IMG/VR virus record: IMGVR_UViG_3300025118_000014
Coordinates: 1-59,283 of that record
Strand: one strand, 5' to 3'
Source: a virus
Lineage: Duplodnaviria; Caudoviricetes
DNA: 59,283 nt
The notes beneath the pieces are model-generated. The model saw only the letters and a list, made by a program, of their open reading frames with translations. It was not told where the DNA came from and made no database searches. The translations under genes and the position numbers were made by a program. Positions within the stretch are counted from its first letter, which is position 1, and each line of letters begins with the position of its first letter. Below, one piece after another: positions 16,001-25,218 of the stretch.

Positions 16001-17544
16001 ACCTTGCTCAGGTCGCAATTTGTTTCCAAGGCATAGTCTTGACCCACAAACCCAACGTCGTCAATGTTGATTAACGAGATGGACCTGTCGTTGATGTTGG
16101 AGACATCGCTTGAGATCCGCAGGCCCACTCTGGACGTGTTGGCACCCAGACCCGAATTATACACCTGCGTATCCAGTATGTCTACCAGGTATGTGGCGCC
16201 AGGGTTTATGGTTCCGCCAGCAATGCTGATGGACGCGTGCGCGTCTCCATTGCTTCCGATGCCGTTGAGCGCGGACCGATTGTTGTCGTTTAGGTCCATG
16301 TCTCGGAAGCGTGTATTGGATACGTGCCAGCCCATGACGCCAGCGTTCCAGTTCCCCTCGATCACATTCAGGGAGATCACGTTGTTAATGCCGCCAATCA
16401 CTAGCATGCCATTGTTGGCGTTGAACTTAGATGAGTTGTTGTACACGGTGAAGTTCTCACAGCCACCTGTGGCGTTGTAGGGTCCACTTGCCAGATAGAT
16501 GCCTGACTCGATGTTATTGTAGCACTGGTTTCGAGCGATATACCCGTAACCTCCTGCGCCGCAATCCTGGATCCGCATTCCGCGAAGGTTGTTGTGCACA
16601 TCGCAGTCTGTGACCTTCACGACTGTCGTAGAGCGGATTCTCATCGCGCCCCCGTTAGATGTCTCTGTTCCTGCCCAGAATGCCTGCAGGTCCACCTGCG
16701 CGGAATCATATCCGAGCGTTCCACCGTCCTCAGCCAGGATGGTGCTTAGCCCCAGTCCAGACCATCCGTTCTGGAAGAATTCACAGTTTGTGATTTCAAC
16801 CTTGGCAGCGGATCGGATATACAGAGCGTATGAACCAGCGTTGACCCACTTGATGTTGTCGAAAGAGTATTCCTTCGTACACGAGGAGGATGACTGGTAT
16901 GCCAGCATTCCGTTTGTGTTGACATATGTTGGGTAACAGATGATCGTGTTCTTAGCGCCGAAGAAGTGCAGTGACCTGTCGGATGGAAGAACAAGGTGAG
17001 TGCTAAGGCGGAAGTCGCCCTTGACAAGGATCCGGTCTCCATCTTCAGCCACATCGATAGCATCCTGGATGCTTGAAAATGGGTTAAGTGCAGAGCCGAT
17101 TGGCGTTGCGCTTGTGGAGCTTTCAACAACGTGCAGGTCGTACTCGTTGAATCCAGAACCTTCTACATCTTCAGCGATGGAGCGGTTGAATTCAGTAGCC
17201 AGATATGCGACCACTTCAGCGATTGCTGTCGCGGCGTCTGTAGCCGTCGTTACTCGTGTCCCGTCTTCCTTGAAGAAGAACCAGATCGCCTTCCTCTTGA
17301 TAAGGATGCGGTCAGTGCCGTCAGCGCGCTGCTGATCGCTTCGTCGGATGATGATTCTTGGAGCGTCCACTGTTGAGCCATACTCGGATTCGTAGGCGTA
17401 ACAGATTGCCGGAGCCTTGGGGTTGATCCCGTGGTTCTCGGATGTGAAAATAACTTCATTCGACTCGGTCTTGGCAAAGATCTTGATGTTTCGATGATCG
17501 TCTCCATATGCCAAGTTCGTCGTTGCTATGTTTGGGAATGCCAT
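13012..17544 (-). CDS. Tailspike/adhesin with a right-handed beta-helix and a C-terminal LamG-like lectin domain
   Basis: GS..NPF.SIQDAID beta-helix start, Asn-ladder repeats, C-terminal FDGSNDY...WTVSVWF LamG pattern; 1510 aa. Confidence 0.8.
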   Translation of the reverse strand: MAFPNIATTNLAYGDDHRNIKIFAKTESNEVIFTSENHGINPKAPAICYAYESEYGSTVDAPRIIIRRSDQQRADGTDRILIKRKAIWFFFKEDGTRVTTATDAATAIAEVVAYLATEFNRSIAEDVEGSGFNEYDLHVVESSTSATPIGSALNPFSSIQDAIDVAEDGDRILVKGDFRLSTHLVLPSDRSLHFFGAKNTIICYPTYVNTNGMLAYQSSSSCTKEYSFDNIKWVNAGSYALYIRSAAKVEITNCEFFQNGWSGLGLSTILAEDGGTLGYDSAQVDLQAFWAGTETSNGGAMRIRSTTVVKVTDCDVHNNLRGMRIQDCGAGGYGYIARNQCYNNIESGIYLASGPYNATGGCENFTVYNNSSKFNANNGMLVIGGINNVISLNVIEGNWNAGVMGWHVSNTRFRDMDLNDNNRSALNGIGSNGDAHASISIAGGTINPGATYLVDILDTQVYNSGLGANTSRVGLRISSDVSNINDRSISLINIDDVGFVGQDYALETNCDLSKVRVTIGDCRYIDTAEKNVLHTGAGSHFELPFSNHSTSVKTLDVVVDTIKMTVALCDGVGGDTVNVYGINELQSINRGTFVDVIQKGSKKVQLSDLTYPNVYVNGVVAGSDVNSMNDTMNAAFEMSLMNYKTFLESEVGVNTSGGGGSSLPAQADNWYIAYGVDAEDAVTDPTVTATYKGSQPFYNGDFLEKGHEYIWTHSDNGTYILGVWSGAETTYDEVDVMLDTRWSTNFKFSSSTNTVRETSIGVDVASRFASGYDITNNTVLCLRYGNDGYLYLLDITGGEEVTVGRSNVALVGDEVTIFMGGANQPNAKFPVMQERTERWTVVADLDDSENGEWSDGIETQTIIKSNMSILPNEKFTFTLPSAGHNRYYALDYTGTSIGESNPVNDLENRFRWHTTEILQHATTNGWTMNSSNSYYDTVNYGGQWNPTHGNQILVSWRHLSDNTLEMWDEDADELIMTLNSSTGGAAVHMFFGANAYASSISTIPVLSKYNLDAVAGGTNVATWFFIESPDGNFEYPLFRTEAEANAIDLVEGGSGSSSSKTYDDDLTNTTWYYPDTNFVSSGTVAPSHGIWGGSTSIVWNEQVTDVDTNYAPTFTDIQQNVMEGSSVNIVYKAAGDTHTYNVTGVPSGYADNGTAIIGTAETITDGIDIQHVLNVTMANNYGSDTGTITIDVLNDVSNDDTDISIGGSDTPFTKAMSFDGSNDYLRANPSSSQSNPLYMYNQSGGTTVNPGEAWSNSQPWTVSVWFRCTDSNTANERAIWTQGNTAGGVMLTRKNGKLNFKFGSTSNNLEFTSTDNINTDEWYGINIQYDGGLTGSSSSNVNDYYSRFIINRVMATGAVSEVQGTWTHSNYGFNDKIDVYFYVGQQFSAKYFMGEVAACTASTLPQGVALLTDEEIAWHCNNPKKFMEDVMTSRLWRKATYNNASGYVHNNANTHKYVNSLWCGDGIHYGNPETWNSLYNQGYTNTSGSVYKWYSYNMSSADLVSATPED

Positions 17545-17546
17545 AA

Positions 17547-18185
17547 CTATCTCCAGATATAAAGGGTGTGACCGCGAGGCTTGATGATGCCCCCGGTGTT
17601 CTTAAGGACAATTTTAGGGGTAATGACGGTGGGGTTACCCGTTCCGTCGTCATGGAATGTGCTGGATACGAACACTGGGATCGTAGCGATTCCGACGTAG
17701 TCGATTCCGGCACCGTCAGACATAGACAGGAACTGCTCTTCGATGACGATGCTGCGGCCAGAGCCGGTAACAGCGTCAAGCTGGAGCATGGCGGACGATT
17801 CGTCAGAGTCGGGCTCGATGTCAATCTGGAAGCGGAACAACAACATGTCAGACTTCTCGAAGCCGTTGAGCGTGAATAGCCCGGTATTGAGGTCATATGG
17901 GTTGGTCATGCCTTCAGGGATGTATGTGGAGTTCTGCGAACCAACTCGACTCATCTTGAATGAGGTAGGGACGCCCTCTTCAACATCTTCGACGATGTCG
18001 GCATTTCCTACGTGCGTATTTCCATCAGCGTAGTATGTTGAGTTTCCGTAAGTAAAGCCGTTGGCATCGTGCGCTACGGTGTCGCCAGCCACGGACAAAA
18101 ACTCCATAACCTTGTTGGACAACTGTCTGTTATTGAGAGCAGCATACATCTGCTGTTTTTCTAATTGGGAAAATTCATAAGCCAT
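17547..18185 (-). CDS. Virion fibre/decoration protein, paralog of 18252..19223
   Basis: Shared N-terminal AALNN.QLS motif and shared D.L..RF...I.P C-terminal beta domain; late motif at 18232-18239. Confidence 0.7.
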   Translation of the reverse strand: MAYEFSQLEKQQMYAALNNRQLSNKVMEFLSVAGDTVAHDANGFTYGNSTYYADGNTHVGNADIVEDVEEGVPTSFKMSRVGSQNSTYIPEGMTNPYDLNTGLFTLNGFEKSDMLLFRFQIDIEPDSDESSAMLQLDAVTGSGRSIVIEEQFLSMSDGAGIDYVGIATIPVFVSSTFHDDGTGNPTVITPKIVLKNTGGIIKPRGHTLYIWR

Positions 18186-18251
18186 TGTATGGCCTCCTGT
18201 AGGGTTATAGGGGTAGATATATCTAACCCCGTTATACCCTTCAGGCGAGCG

Positions 18252-19223
18252 TTACCTTATAATGGTTGTGAGCAGAGACTTGGGCCTTATAATGACTGGG
18301 TTATCTGCCTTGATCGACGGAAGCGCAATAGCATGAACATCTTCTTCTGACGCAAAATATGCTGAGATCATCGGTCTATTCAGGTACACCTTGCCCACTG
18401 TACCGGCCCCGTAAAAAAGCGGAGTCGTAGTAAGTGGGAACTCAAAAGTAACATCCAACGTCTCAGGATTCCTTGTCGCGAACGTGAGCCCAGTCTCTAT
18501 TGTTGTATTGGCTATCTGCGGTATAACTTCGAAGTCGAACCTGCACATTAGGAGATCTCCCGTCCTGCATTTAGAAAAGTCCAAAGTGCCTATTGATCCA
18601 TCTTCCCAGTCATTGAATGAGAAGTCGTACAGCCCAGAAACGCCGTATGGCAAGTGTTGGCCCCCGAATACTCCAAGGCCGACATGTGGTAGGGGAGTTG
18701 GGGTTGTCCAGTAAGGTATGTCTGAAGACAGGTGGACCTCATAGTCGAGTTCCAGTTTCATCCAAGCGCCCGCGTCAACCATGTCCTGAGTGTACTCTAT
18801 GCCGCCTGCTCCTTCCCAAGCATACGAGGCATTCGAGACCCTAGAACCTGATGAGTGCTCTACAGCATCACTACCCAATGCGCCCCTGCTTACTCCTGTG
18901 AGTTGATTTCCGACCACGCCGCCGTACTCAACAATCTCAACTCCGCCAATTATCGCTCTGCCTCCTGATGGATTAAACCCCGCCGAAGAATCTAACGTCA
19001 CAGCGTCAACCGATGCGTTGATTGGCATGAATAGATCTGTAGAAACAGTCGTCTTTCCCTTGAATCCTGCTGTGAATTCATATCCGCCGTTGAGTCCAGT
19101 ATTTTCTGGGGCAGAATCCTCCCACTGCCTCGCAAGCATTTCTGATAACTGCTTGTTATTCAGTGCCGCAGCGATGCGCTGCTTCATGTTCTGGGTAAAT
19201 ACAAAGTTCTTCTTGCTGGGCAT
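18252..19223 (-). CDS. Virion fibre/decoration protein
   Basis: AALNNKQLS N-terminus, internal I.GVEIVEY.G...LTGVSRG..G module, beta-rich C-terminus. Confidence 0.7.
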   Translation of the reverse strand: MPSKKNFVFTQNMKQRIAAALNNKQLSEMLARQWEDSAPENTGLNGGYEFTAGFKGKTTVSTDLFMPINASVDAVTLDSSAGFNPSGGRAIIGGVEIVEYGGVVGNQLTGVSRGALGSDAVEHSSGSRVSNASYAWEGAGGIEYTQDMVDAGAWMKLELDYEVHLSSDIPYWTTPTPLPHVGLGVFGGQHLPYGVSGLYDFSFNDWEDGSIGTLDFSKCRTGDLLMCRFDFEVIPQIANTTIETGLTFATRNPETLDVTFEFPLTTTPLFYGAGTVGKVYLNRPMISAYFASEEDVHAIALPSIKADNPVIIRPKSLLTTIIR

Positions 19224-19327
19224 CCTGGCTCCTGATGGGGTGGGATAGAACCTCCCCCCTCCGTGGAGAGGGGAGGCCGGTCAACGTCACTACAGGGGGG
19301 TGTTGTCTTGACCTATGTTAATAAAGT

Positions 19328-20680
19328 TTAGAAAAAAAGCCTGATTTCAATCTCCTGACCATCCTTTCCTGATGGAGGGCTAACGGTTACAGAATCCTGG
19401 CTTATGGTTACAGAGTAATCGTATGAGACTCTGCCTGACTCAAGGACTTGGGCAAACTGACAGGTCTCTCCTGGGAACTCTATTGAATCCTCGCCGGAAA
19501 CTGTGTGCTCAGTGGATGAAATGTCAAAGACGTTCTCTGCGTCCATGAAAAATTGGTCCACCAGATCATCATCGTCTTCATGTGAATCAGTCATAACGCT
19601 AGACCTTGACCAAGCGTATGCTTGTGAGCCACTGGTGGAATACACCAAAAACCCATCACCACAGTCTGCCGCCAGCATAGAGTAAGTGCCAAATGCAGAG
19701 TCGTGATGATCCCAAGCACCTTCAGTCTTAACGTAAACGTCAAAGCCTCCAGTGCACTGGATGAATACTCCTAGTGAGTCTGGAGAGTGGCCATCGCCAT
19801 CGTAATCAGAAGCTGGTTCGCTGTCTACTGTTGGTACTAGCGAGAAACTGTATTCTGGTGCGACATCTCCAATTTGCACAGAATAATAAGCCAAGTCAAA
19901 ACCCGACCCATCACTCTCAACAGTGTGCAGTACGTTGTCGTTTTCGTCTAAGATGTACACCGTCATGGGTGTTACGCCTGCGTTTCCTGAATACATTTGG
20001 ATTCCGTACTCTCCGACAGGGAAAGACATGTCATACTCAAAGGTGTAGCCCGGAACATCGTATGGCCCGCCACCGTCAGTTGCCGTCATAATCCCGACCG
20101 CTGGCCCTTTCGGGGTTCCGTTCCCGTCGGTGTTATGCGCGTTTCCGTCACCCGTATGAATCAAAGTTCCAGCGTCCCTGCCCAGTCGAGCAGACTCGAT
20201 GTAGTAATTATCACCATAAGCAAGAGGCTCAGGCCCGAACGTGGCGAAGAAGGAGTCATCAGACATGTCTAGCATTACAACGGAAGTTGTATACAAAGCG
20301 CCGCCGAAAGTAATCCGGATTTTTGCCGCTGATCCAGCACTAGGGCTAGAGTTATCTTCCTCGCCTCCAGCAGGGTCACTAACGGCTGACCCTAGCGTGA
20401 AACTTCCGTTCAGGCTGACTCCGTTCGCTTGCGCTAAAACTTCACCAGTATCAGTTCTGGTCATCGTAAAGGAAGATTCTTCAATCCAGCTCCCCTCACC
20501 AAAGGTCCAAGTGTAGTCCGCATTGTCGTCAAGATTAAATACATCGGTTCCAGAGTTGCCGCCCTCAAGGGTATGGGCTGCGACCTGTGTTCCGTCACTG
20601 TCAAAAATACGAACCCATTGACCTTGCCAGCCATCCCCGTAGGTGTCGTTTTCTTGAATAGAAATTTCAATTTGTGGCAT
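19328..20680 (-). CDS. Acidic beta-rich virion/adhesin protein
   Basis: DTYGDGWQG motif, Asp/Gly/Ser-rich; GAGGAGG RBS. Confidence 0.7.
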   Translation of the reverse strand: MPQIEISIQENDTYGDGWQGQWVRIFDSDGTQVAAHTLEGGNSGTDVFNLDDNADYTWTFGEGSWIEESSFTMTRTDTGEVLAQANGVSLNGSFTLGSAVSDPAGGEEDNSSPSAGSAAKIRITFGGALYTTSVVMLDMSDDSFFATFGPEPLAYGDNYYIESARLGRDAGTLIHTGDGNAHNTDGNGTPKGPAVGIMTATDGGGPYDVPGYTFEYDMSFPVGEYGIQMYSGNAGVTPMTVYILDENDNVLHTVESDGSGFDLAYYSVQIGDVAPEYSFSLVPTVDSEPASDYDGDGHSPDSLGVFIQCTGGFDVYVKTEGAWDHHDSAFGTYSMLAADCGDGFLVYSTSGSQAYAWSRSSVMTDSHEDDDDLVDQFFMDAENVFDISSTEHTVSGEDSIEFPGETCQFAQVLESGRVSYDYSVTISQDSVTVSPPSGKDGQEIEIRLFF

Positions 20681-20700
20681 TTAAGCCTCCTCTATAGGGA

Positions 20701-20724
20701 AGGGAGGGGCGTGGGCCCCTCCCT
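20701..20724 (-). terminator. GC hairpin, probable terminator or processing stem
   Basis: AGGGAGGGGC-GTGG-GCCCCTCCCT perfect 10-bp stem. Confidence 0.55.
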
Positions 20725-20732
20725 GGTTTGGA

Positions 20733-22655
20733 TTAGCAGATAGACCAGCTTCCGTCACCATTGGAGATCAATGACAACATGGCGTAATCGAATGAGATTG
20801 AGAATCCAGCAGAGCCGTCGATGACTCCGCCAGCAACGGATACCGGGCTTGCTGTGAAGCCTGTTCCTAGAGCCTTGATCTCGACCTTTCTTCCGGCTAC
20901 TGCGCCAGCAGGAAGATTTACAGTGGAGCCAGTGCCCGCTGCAACATGGTAGCTGTTGGCTCCCATTGACATTGATTCGCCCGCCCCTACCGACTCGTAG
21001 GAGAAGACTACAGGCACAGTGGCAAAACTGCCGCCAGCCATAGCATCAAGATTAGCAGAATAAGCCTGTGTATCGACTCCGATGACATGCGAGTCCTTCC
21101 AGCCATCAAGGTCTGCGATGATTGCAGCTTCAATAGCCTCTGCTCTTGCGGTTTCGGCTGCAACAGCGTCAGAAGAAGCCTCACCAAGCGCCTCAATGTC
21201 TGACTGAATCGAAGCGACGTCAGCGTTGTGTGTTACCAGCAGGTTGTTCACTGCCGTTGTCACAACTCCGTCAGCGCTTTCAAACGCTTCAATGACTTCC
21301 GTAATTGAATCCACGAACTCTGGGTCAATGTTGCTAAGTACGTCGTCGACCCGAGCGTCGATAGCGGCCTCTGCGGCCTGTGCTCTAGCAGCCTCTGCGG
21401 CCAGCGCGGCGTCGTTATTTGCAACGTAGGCAGCAAGTGCGGCATCTGTTGCTGCATCAGCCTCTGATCTTGTGGTTGCTTCAGCAGCCAAGTCGTCAGC
21501 AACGTCGGTTATCGCGCCAGCCAGGACATCGTCCGCTTCGGTGCGCAGTGCCGCTTCGTTTTCGTCCGCAGCCTGTCTAGCTGCAGCCTCGTCAGAAACA
21601 GAGGTAGCCAGAGTGCCTTCGGCATCGGTTGCCCTGTTTGTTTCGGCTAAAATTGTGGATGCGTTTGCTGCTTCCGCAAGCTGCGCGCGTGTAGCTTCTG
21701 CGGCGATAGCGTCAGCATTGACACCGTCTGCAGCCTCATAAGCAGCCTCCATGTCGCCCATGTCGCTCGCCAATGATGCGTCTGCCGCTACTCTGGCTGC
21801 AGATTCCGCAGCGATTGCGTCTCCAAGGTCGGAGTCGGCGGACTCAAGGGATGTAACGGCGGATCCAAGATCCGCCACAACGCCATCTATGGCCAACTGA
21901 AGTGCATCGTCAGCATCTTCTGATTCCTGCGATAATTCCGCTAATTGCGTAGCTAATGCAGCGTCTCCTGCCTGACTGGCAGCGTCTAGTTCCGCGATCA
22001 GGCTGAAGTAGTCTGCCTGAATTGCGTCATCGGCTGCACTGAGTGCCGCTACTGCAGCGTTAAGCTCTGAAGTGTGAGTGCCCATGACGGTCGTAATGGC
22101 TTCCGAGAGGTCATCGTCAGCGTCCTGGAAGGCAGCGACGACTTCCGTCAGTGAGTCAAGCGCGCTGGGGTCGACATTGGAAATGATGTCGTTGATCATC
22201 GCCTCCAGTTCGTCGTCCTTTGCTGTGCGCGCTGATGCTTCTGCCTCAACTGATGCAGATCGTGCTGCTGACTCGGCTGCGATTGCGGCGGAAAGAACAT
22301 CGTCTGCAGCGTCTCTAGCTGCTGCCTCTGCAGCATCACCTTCAGCCATAGACTCAAGGATCGCTGCTTCTGCCGCAAGCGCCCTAGCCTCTTCGGCTGC
22401 AACTAGACCAAGTGCGGCTACGTTGAGCGCGTCTACATATAGCTTGTTTGTTAAGTGTCCATCACTAGATGGAGCTGCGCTTGAGGAGGCAATAAAGTCT
22501 CCCAGCGCCAATTCTGCTGTTACCTGAAGTCTGTGAAGCTCCATTAATCCTTCAAGGGATTGGTGGTGCTGTCCTACTGAATCTTCAGAAATTCTACCAT
22601 CAGCAAACTGGCCTGAAATTGCCAGTGCTGCGTCGTGTCCTAAATTAAATGACAT
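20733..22655 (-). CDS. Ala/Asp/Glu-rich coiled-coil fibre protein
   Basis: Repeated EAARA.AAE units; two copies of SN.DP...DS.TEV..AF..AD; C-terminal T..LP...G..IDG...W domain. Confidence 0.8.
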   Translation of the reverse strand: MSFNLGHDAALAISGQFADGRISEDSVGQHHQSLEGLMELHRLQVTAELALGDFIASSSAAPSSDGHLTNKLYVDALNVAALGLVAAEEARALAAEAAILESMAEGDAAEAAARDAADDVLSAAIAAESAARSASVEAEASARTAKDDELEAMINDIISNVDPSALDSLTEVVAAFQDADDDLSEAITTVMGTHTSELNAAVAALSAADDAIQADYFSLIAELDAASQAGDAALATQLAELSQESEDADDALQLAIDGVVADLGSAVTSLESADSDLGDAIAAESAARVAADASLASDMGDMEAAYEAADGVNADAIAAEATRAQLAEAANASTILAETNRATDAEGTLATSVSDEAAARQAADENEAALRTEADDVLAGAITDVADDLAAEATTRSEADAATDAALAAYVANNDAALAAEAARAQAAEAAIDARVDDVLSNIDPEFVDSITEVIEAFESADGVVTTAVNNLLVTHNADVASIQSDIEALGEASSDAVAAETARAEAIEAAIIADLDGWKDSHVIGVDTQAYSANLDAMAGGSFATVPVVFSYESVGAGESMSMGANSYHVAAGTGSTVNLPAGAVAGRKVEIKALGTGFTASPVSVAGGVIDGSAGFSISFDYAMLSLISNGDGSWSIC

Positions 22656-22699
22656 CTGTACCTCTTATATTATGTGGGTTGGGGGTGGGTGGTTCATTC

Positions 22700-23254
22700 T
22701 CAAAGTATAAACCATTCCAGATCGCATTGGATCAGGGTTATGGCAGACCTTGGGAAAGTCATAATATAGAAATCTTGCCCATCCAGCTTCTGTCCATTCG
22801 CAGGCATTACGCTTACCGGATTCTCCGCTGAACATGAAGAACTTGCCTTTATATTCAGCGTTCTTGCACCCCTTGACACAGGAAGAGAAACTACAGTCTG
22901 CGCGTGAGACTTTAGAATCACAATGTCGTCCTCTGGCTGTACAACATAAACAGTCGAATCCGTTGAGCGGACAAGAGTGTCCGAGCTTCCAGACACGTTT
23001 CCTACTGCTGTAATGTAATCCGCACATTGTTGGGCGCTCTCGAATGGGTTGTTCTGGGCATCTCGAAACACCTGATACGGGATTCTATAAAACTCGTATT
23101 CGGTGTTTCCGGGGGTTGACTTAATGTCGTTAACCACATTGACCTTGTTGCCCTCTGCAACACCTGACAAGCAAGCGTTGAAGTAAACCGGGTTGGATGA
23201 GCCCTCAAAGTTTATGCAGTTTCCCTCGTCGTTTCTAATAATTTTGATAGCCAC
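22700..23254 (-). CDS. Fibre-associated virion protein
   Basis: N-terminus resembles that of the 1510-aa protein; C-terminus resembles that of the 640-aa fibre; TTGACA-N18-TATAAG upstream. Confidence 0.7.
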   Translation of the reverse strand: MAIKIIRNDEGNCINFEGSSNPVYFNACLSGVAEGNKVNVVNDIKSTPGNTEYEFYRIPYQVFRDAQNNPFESAQQCADYITAVGNVSGSSDTLVRSTDSTVYVVQPEDDIVILKSHAQTVVSLPVSRGARTLNIKASSSCSAENPVSVMPANGQKLDGQDFYIMTFPRSAITLIQCDLEWFIL

Positions 23255-23331
23255 TCAACACCCCTGACCGCGTCGTATTAGTACTTATACCACGCCAGCC
23301 AGTACCCTGTCAAGCCCAAACTTTCAATTAT

Positions 23332-24039
23332 CTAAACCCTATTGATCTCGTGACATTCATCGATGGCCATCATAATCACTTCGCTTGTCGACGTTAAACC
23401 CCAGTGATCAGCCAAGCTCTGGATGGAGGATGTGAACCTCTCTTGTTCCTCTGGCTTGATGAAAAGCTGGATCACAACTGACTCTGGCTTGGATGGCGCT
23501 GATGGTGCAGCAGGCACGTCGTCCTTGAACTCGTCGTCCACACTTACGGCCTCGTCGAACTCATCTCCGAAGGCGTCCTGATCGTCCGAGAAGTAATCCT
23601 CGTTGACCTCTTCTCCGCCGAATGGGTCTTCCTCCACGATGCTGTCGAGAATGCTGGAGTCGAACCCAAGGTCCTCAAGATCGAAGTCTGGCAAGGTGTC
23701 CGTCAGGTCCTTCAGTTGGCCCGCCAGGACGTCCTCGTTCCAGGACGCTAATTCACCGCTCTTGTTGAGCGTGATCGCTAGACGCTTGCTCTCAATGTCG
23801 TCAGCCTCTATAATCCAGCAAGCAGCTTCCTTGATGCCCATTTCGCGCATCGTTTCGACACGTAAATTGCCGTGGATGATCTTGTTGGTCCCTGCTTGGA
23901 CGAGGATCGGAACGACCTGCCCGTGCGCGCGGAGACTGGATTGAACCGATCTGCGGTTAGCGATACTATCGTGATTCCGGGGATTAGTGTCGTCATGAAC
24001 AAGATCCGAAATGCTAATTGTTTTTTCGACATGTCTCAT
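23332..24039 (-). CDS. ParB/Srx N-terminal domain protein with an acidic linker
   Basis: NPR.H....V..SL..HGQV.PILV......IIHGN.R pattern. Confidence 0.85.
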   Translation of the reverse strand: MRHVEKTISISDLVHDDTNPRNHDSIANRRSVQSSLRAHGQVVPILVQAGTNKIIHGNLRVETMREMGIKEAACWIIEADDIESKRLAITLNKSGELASWNEDVLAGQLKDLTDTLPDFDLEDLGFDSSILDSIVEEDPFGGEEVNEDYFSDDQDAFGDEFDEAVSVDDEFKDDVPAAPSAPSKPESVVIQLFIKPEEQERFTSSIQSLADHWGLTSTSEVIMMAIDECHEINRV

Positions 24040-24332
24040 ACTCCACCTGCCAGCCAGTTGATCAGGCCGGTTGTGATACCTGCCACAAGGCCGATGAAGG
24101 GCGCCGCAACAATCAGACTACTGGGATCAATGATGTATGGCCCCTTGTCTACCGGTGGAGCCATAACGGCAAGCCAGAAGTATTTATCGCGCTCCTGGAT
24201 TGGCTGTACATCAACGATGGTCCATCCCTCTGCGTGCAATACTGCGATCTCAGCGTTCTTCTGAATGTTGTCTTCAAAGTCTGACGTGTTTACTTTCACG
24301 ATATGGAACCGTGTTGCTTTTTTCTCGATCAT
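24036..24332 (-). CDS. Small membrane protein
   Basis: C-terminal hydrophobic helix; AGGAGG RBS; TTGACG-N17-TATGGT promoter. Confidence 0.7.
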   Translation of the reverse strand: MIEKKATRFHIVKVNTSDFEDNIQKNAEIAVLHAEGWTIVDVQPIQERDKYFWLAVMAPPVDKGPYIIDPSSLIVAAPFIGLVAGITTGLINWLAGGV

Positions 24333-24385
24333 GCTTCCTCCTAGTGTTTAGGACCATAGCCGTTAGGCCATGGCCCGTCAAGTGT

Positions 24386-25201
24386 TTATTCAGGTCCGCT
24401 CGCAAGCCACTCTCGAACACCCTCGATGTTGAGTGACACGATGTGTACCGCTACGTTGGGCCCGTATATGCGGTTTTCCCAGGTCTGCGTTACGTAGTCC
24501 GCCCAATTCGGCCCTGGATTCAGGCACTCTCGCAGCGGTCCAATCTGATGGTATCCGTTACCGTTGATCCATGCGTTGCTCTCAAGGGTCAGGATCTTCC
24601 CTGTGGATTCATCGTGATCAAGTACGATATACGAATGTCCGCCCCGTTGAGTAAATGTCTGCACAAGCCATGGACCGTTGCCTACTGGCCCGCTCTTCGT
24701 GATTCCCCAGTCCATAGCTACCCGTGGACCAAAGCCAGGAACTCTATTGCGGCCGACCGCATCGCTAGAGCACATCCAGGATTTCCAATCATTACGTGAG
24801 AACTGCACGCCATCGAACGCGTGACCAATCAGCCACGAAGTGAAGAGCACGCAGTTGGACTTCTCTTGTCCGATGCGGCGCAACTTCATTCCAGGTGGAT
24901 TGCTTGGTGCCTGCGCTCCGCTGAGAACGTACTTCTGAGTGAGGCACTGCGGGAACAATCGATCTGCGATGTCCTGCATCTGCGCTGGCTTAGGTTGATG
25001 AACCTTCTCCAGTGCTGCCCACGTTCCTCGGCCGACGATACCGTCAGCCTGAAGTCCGCTGTCCTTCTGGAACTTGCGCACAACCTTGTCCGTTCCTGGA
25101 CCGAAGGCCCCATCTACGGATACCTTGTACCCTGCTGACTTTAGTGAATTCTGCAATTTGGTTACTTCAGCGCCTTCAGCGCCACGTCTTAGTGTCTTCA
25201 T
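24386..25201 (-). CDS. Endolysin with an N-terminal PG_binding_1 domain and a putative Cys-His-Glu (CHAP/NlpC-like) catalytic domain
   Basis: LRRG..G.EV..LQ..L...GY...DG.FG..T...V..FQ...GL.ADGIVG..TW..L; NC..F, GHS, LES motifs. Confidence 0.8.
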   Translation of the reverse strand: MKTLRRGAEGAEVTKLQNSLKSAGYKVSVDGAFGPGTDKVVRKFQKDSGLQADGIVGRGTWAALEKVHQPKPAQMQDIADRLFPQCLTQKYVLSGAQAPSNPPGMKLRRIGQEKSNCVLFTSWLIGHAFDGVQFSRNDWKSWMCSSDAVGRNRVPGFGPRVAMDWGITKSGPVGNGPWLVQTFTQRGGHSYIVLDHDESTGKILTLESNAWINGNGYHQIGPLRECLNPGPNWADYVTQTWENRIYGPNVAVHIVSLNIEGVREWLASGPE

Positions 25202-25218
25202 TAGATCCTCCTGTTTGG

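Noticed and set aside
13012-17544. Diversity-generating retroelement target in the adhesin
   Set aside because: No reverse transcriptase gene and no TR/VR repeat pair seen.
22675-22693. G-rich tract as a possible G-quadruplex
   Set aside because: Only three full G3 runs in a short intergenic spacer; no other support.
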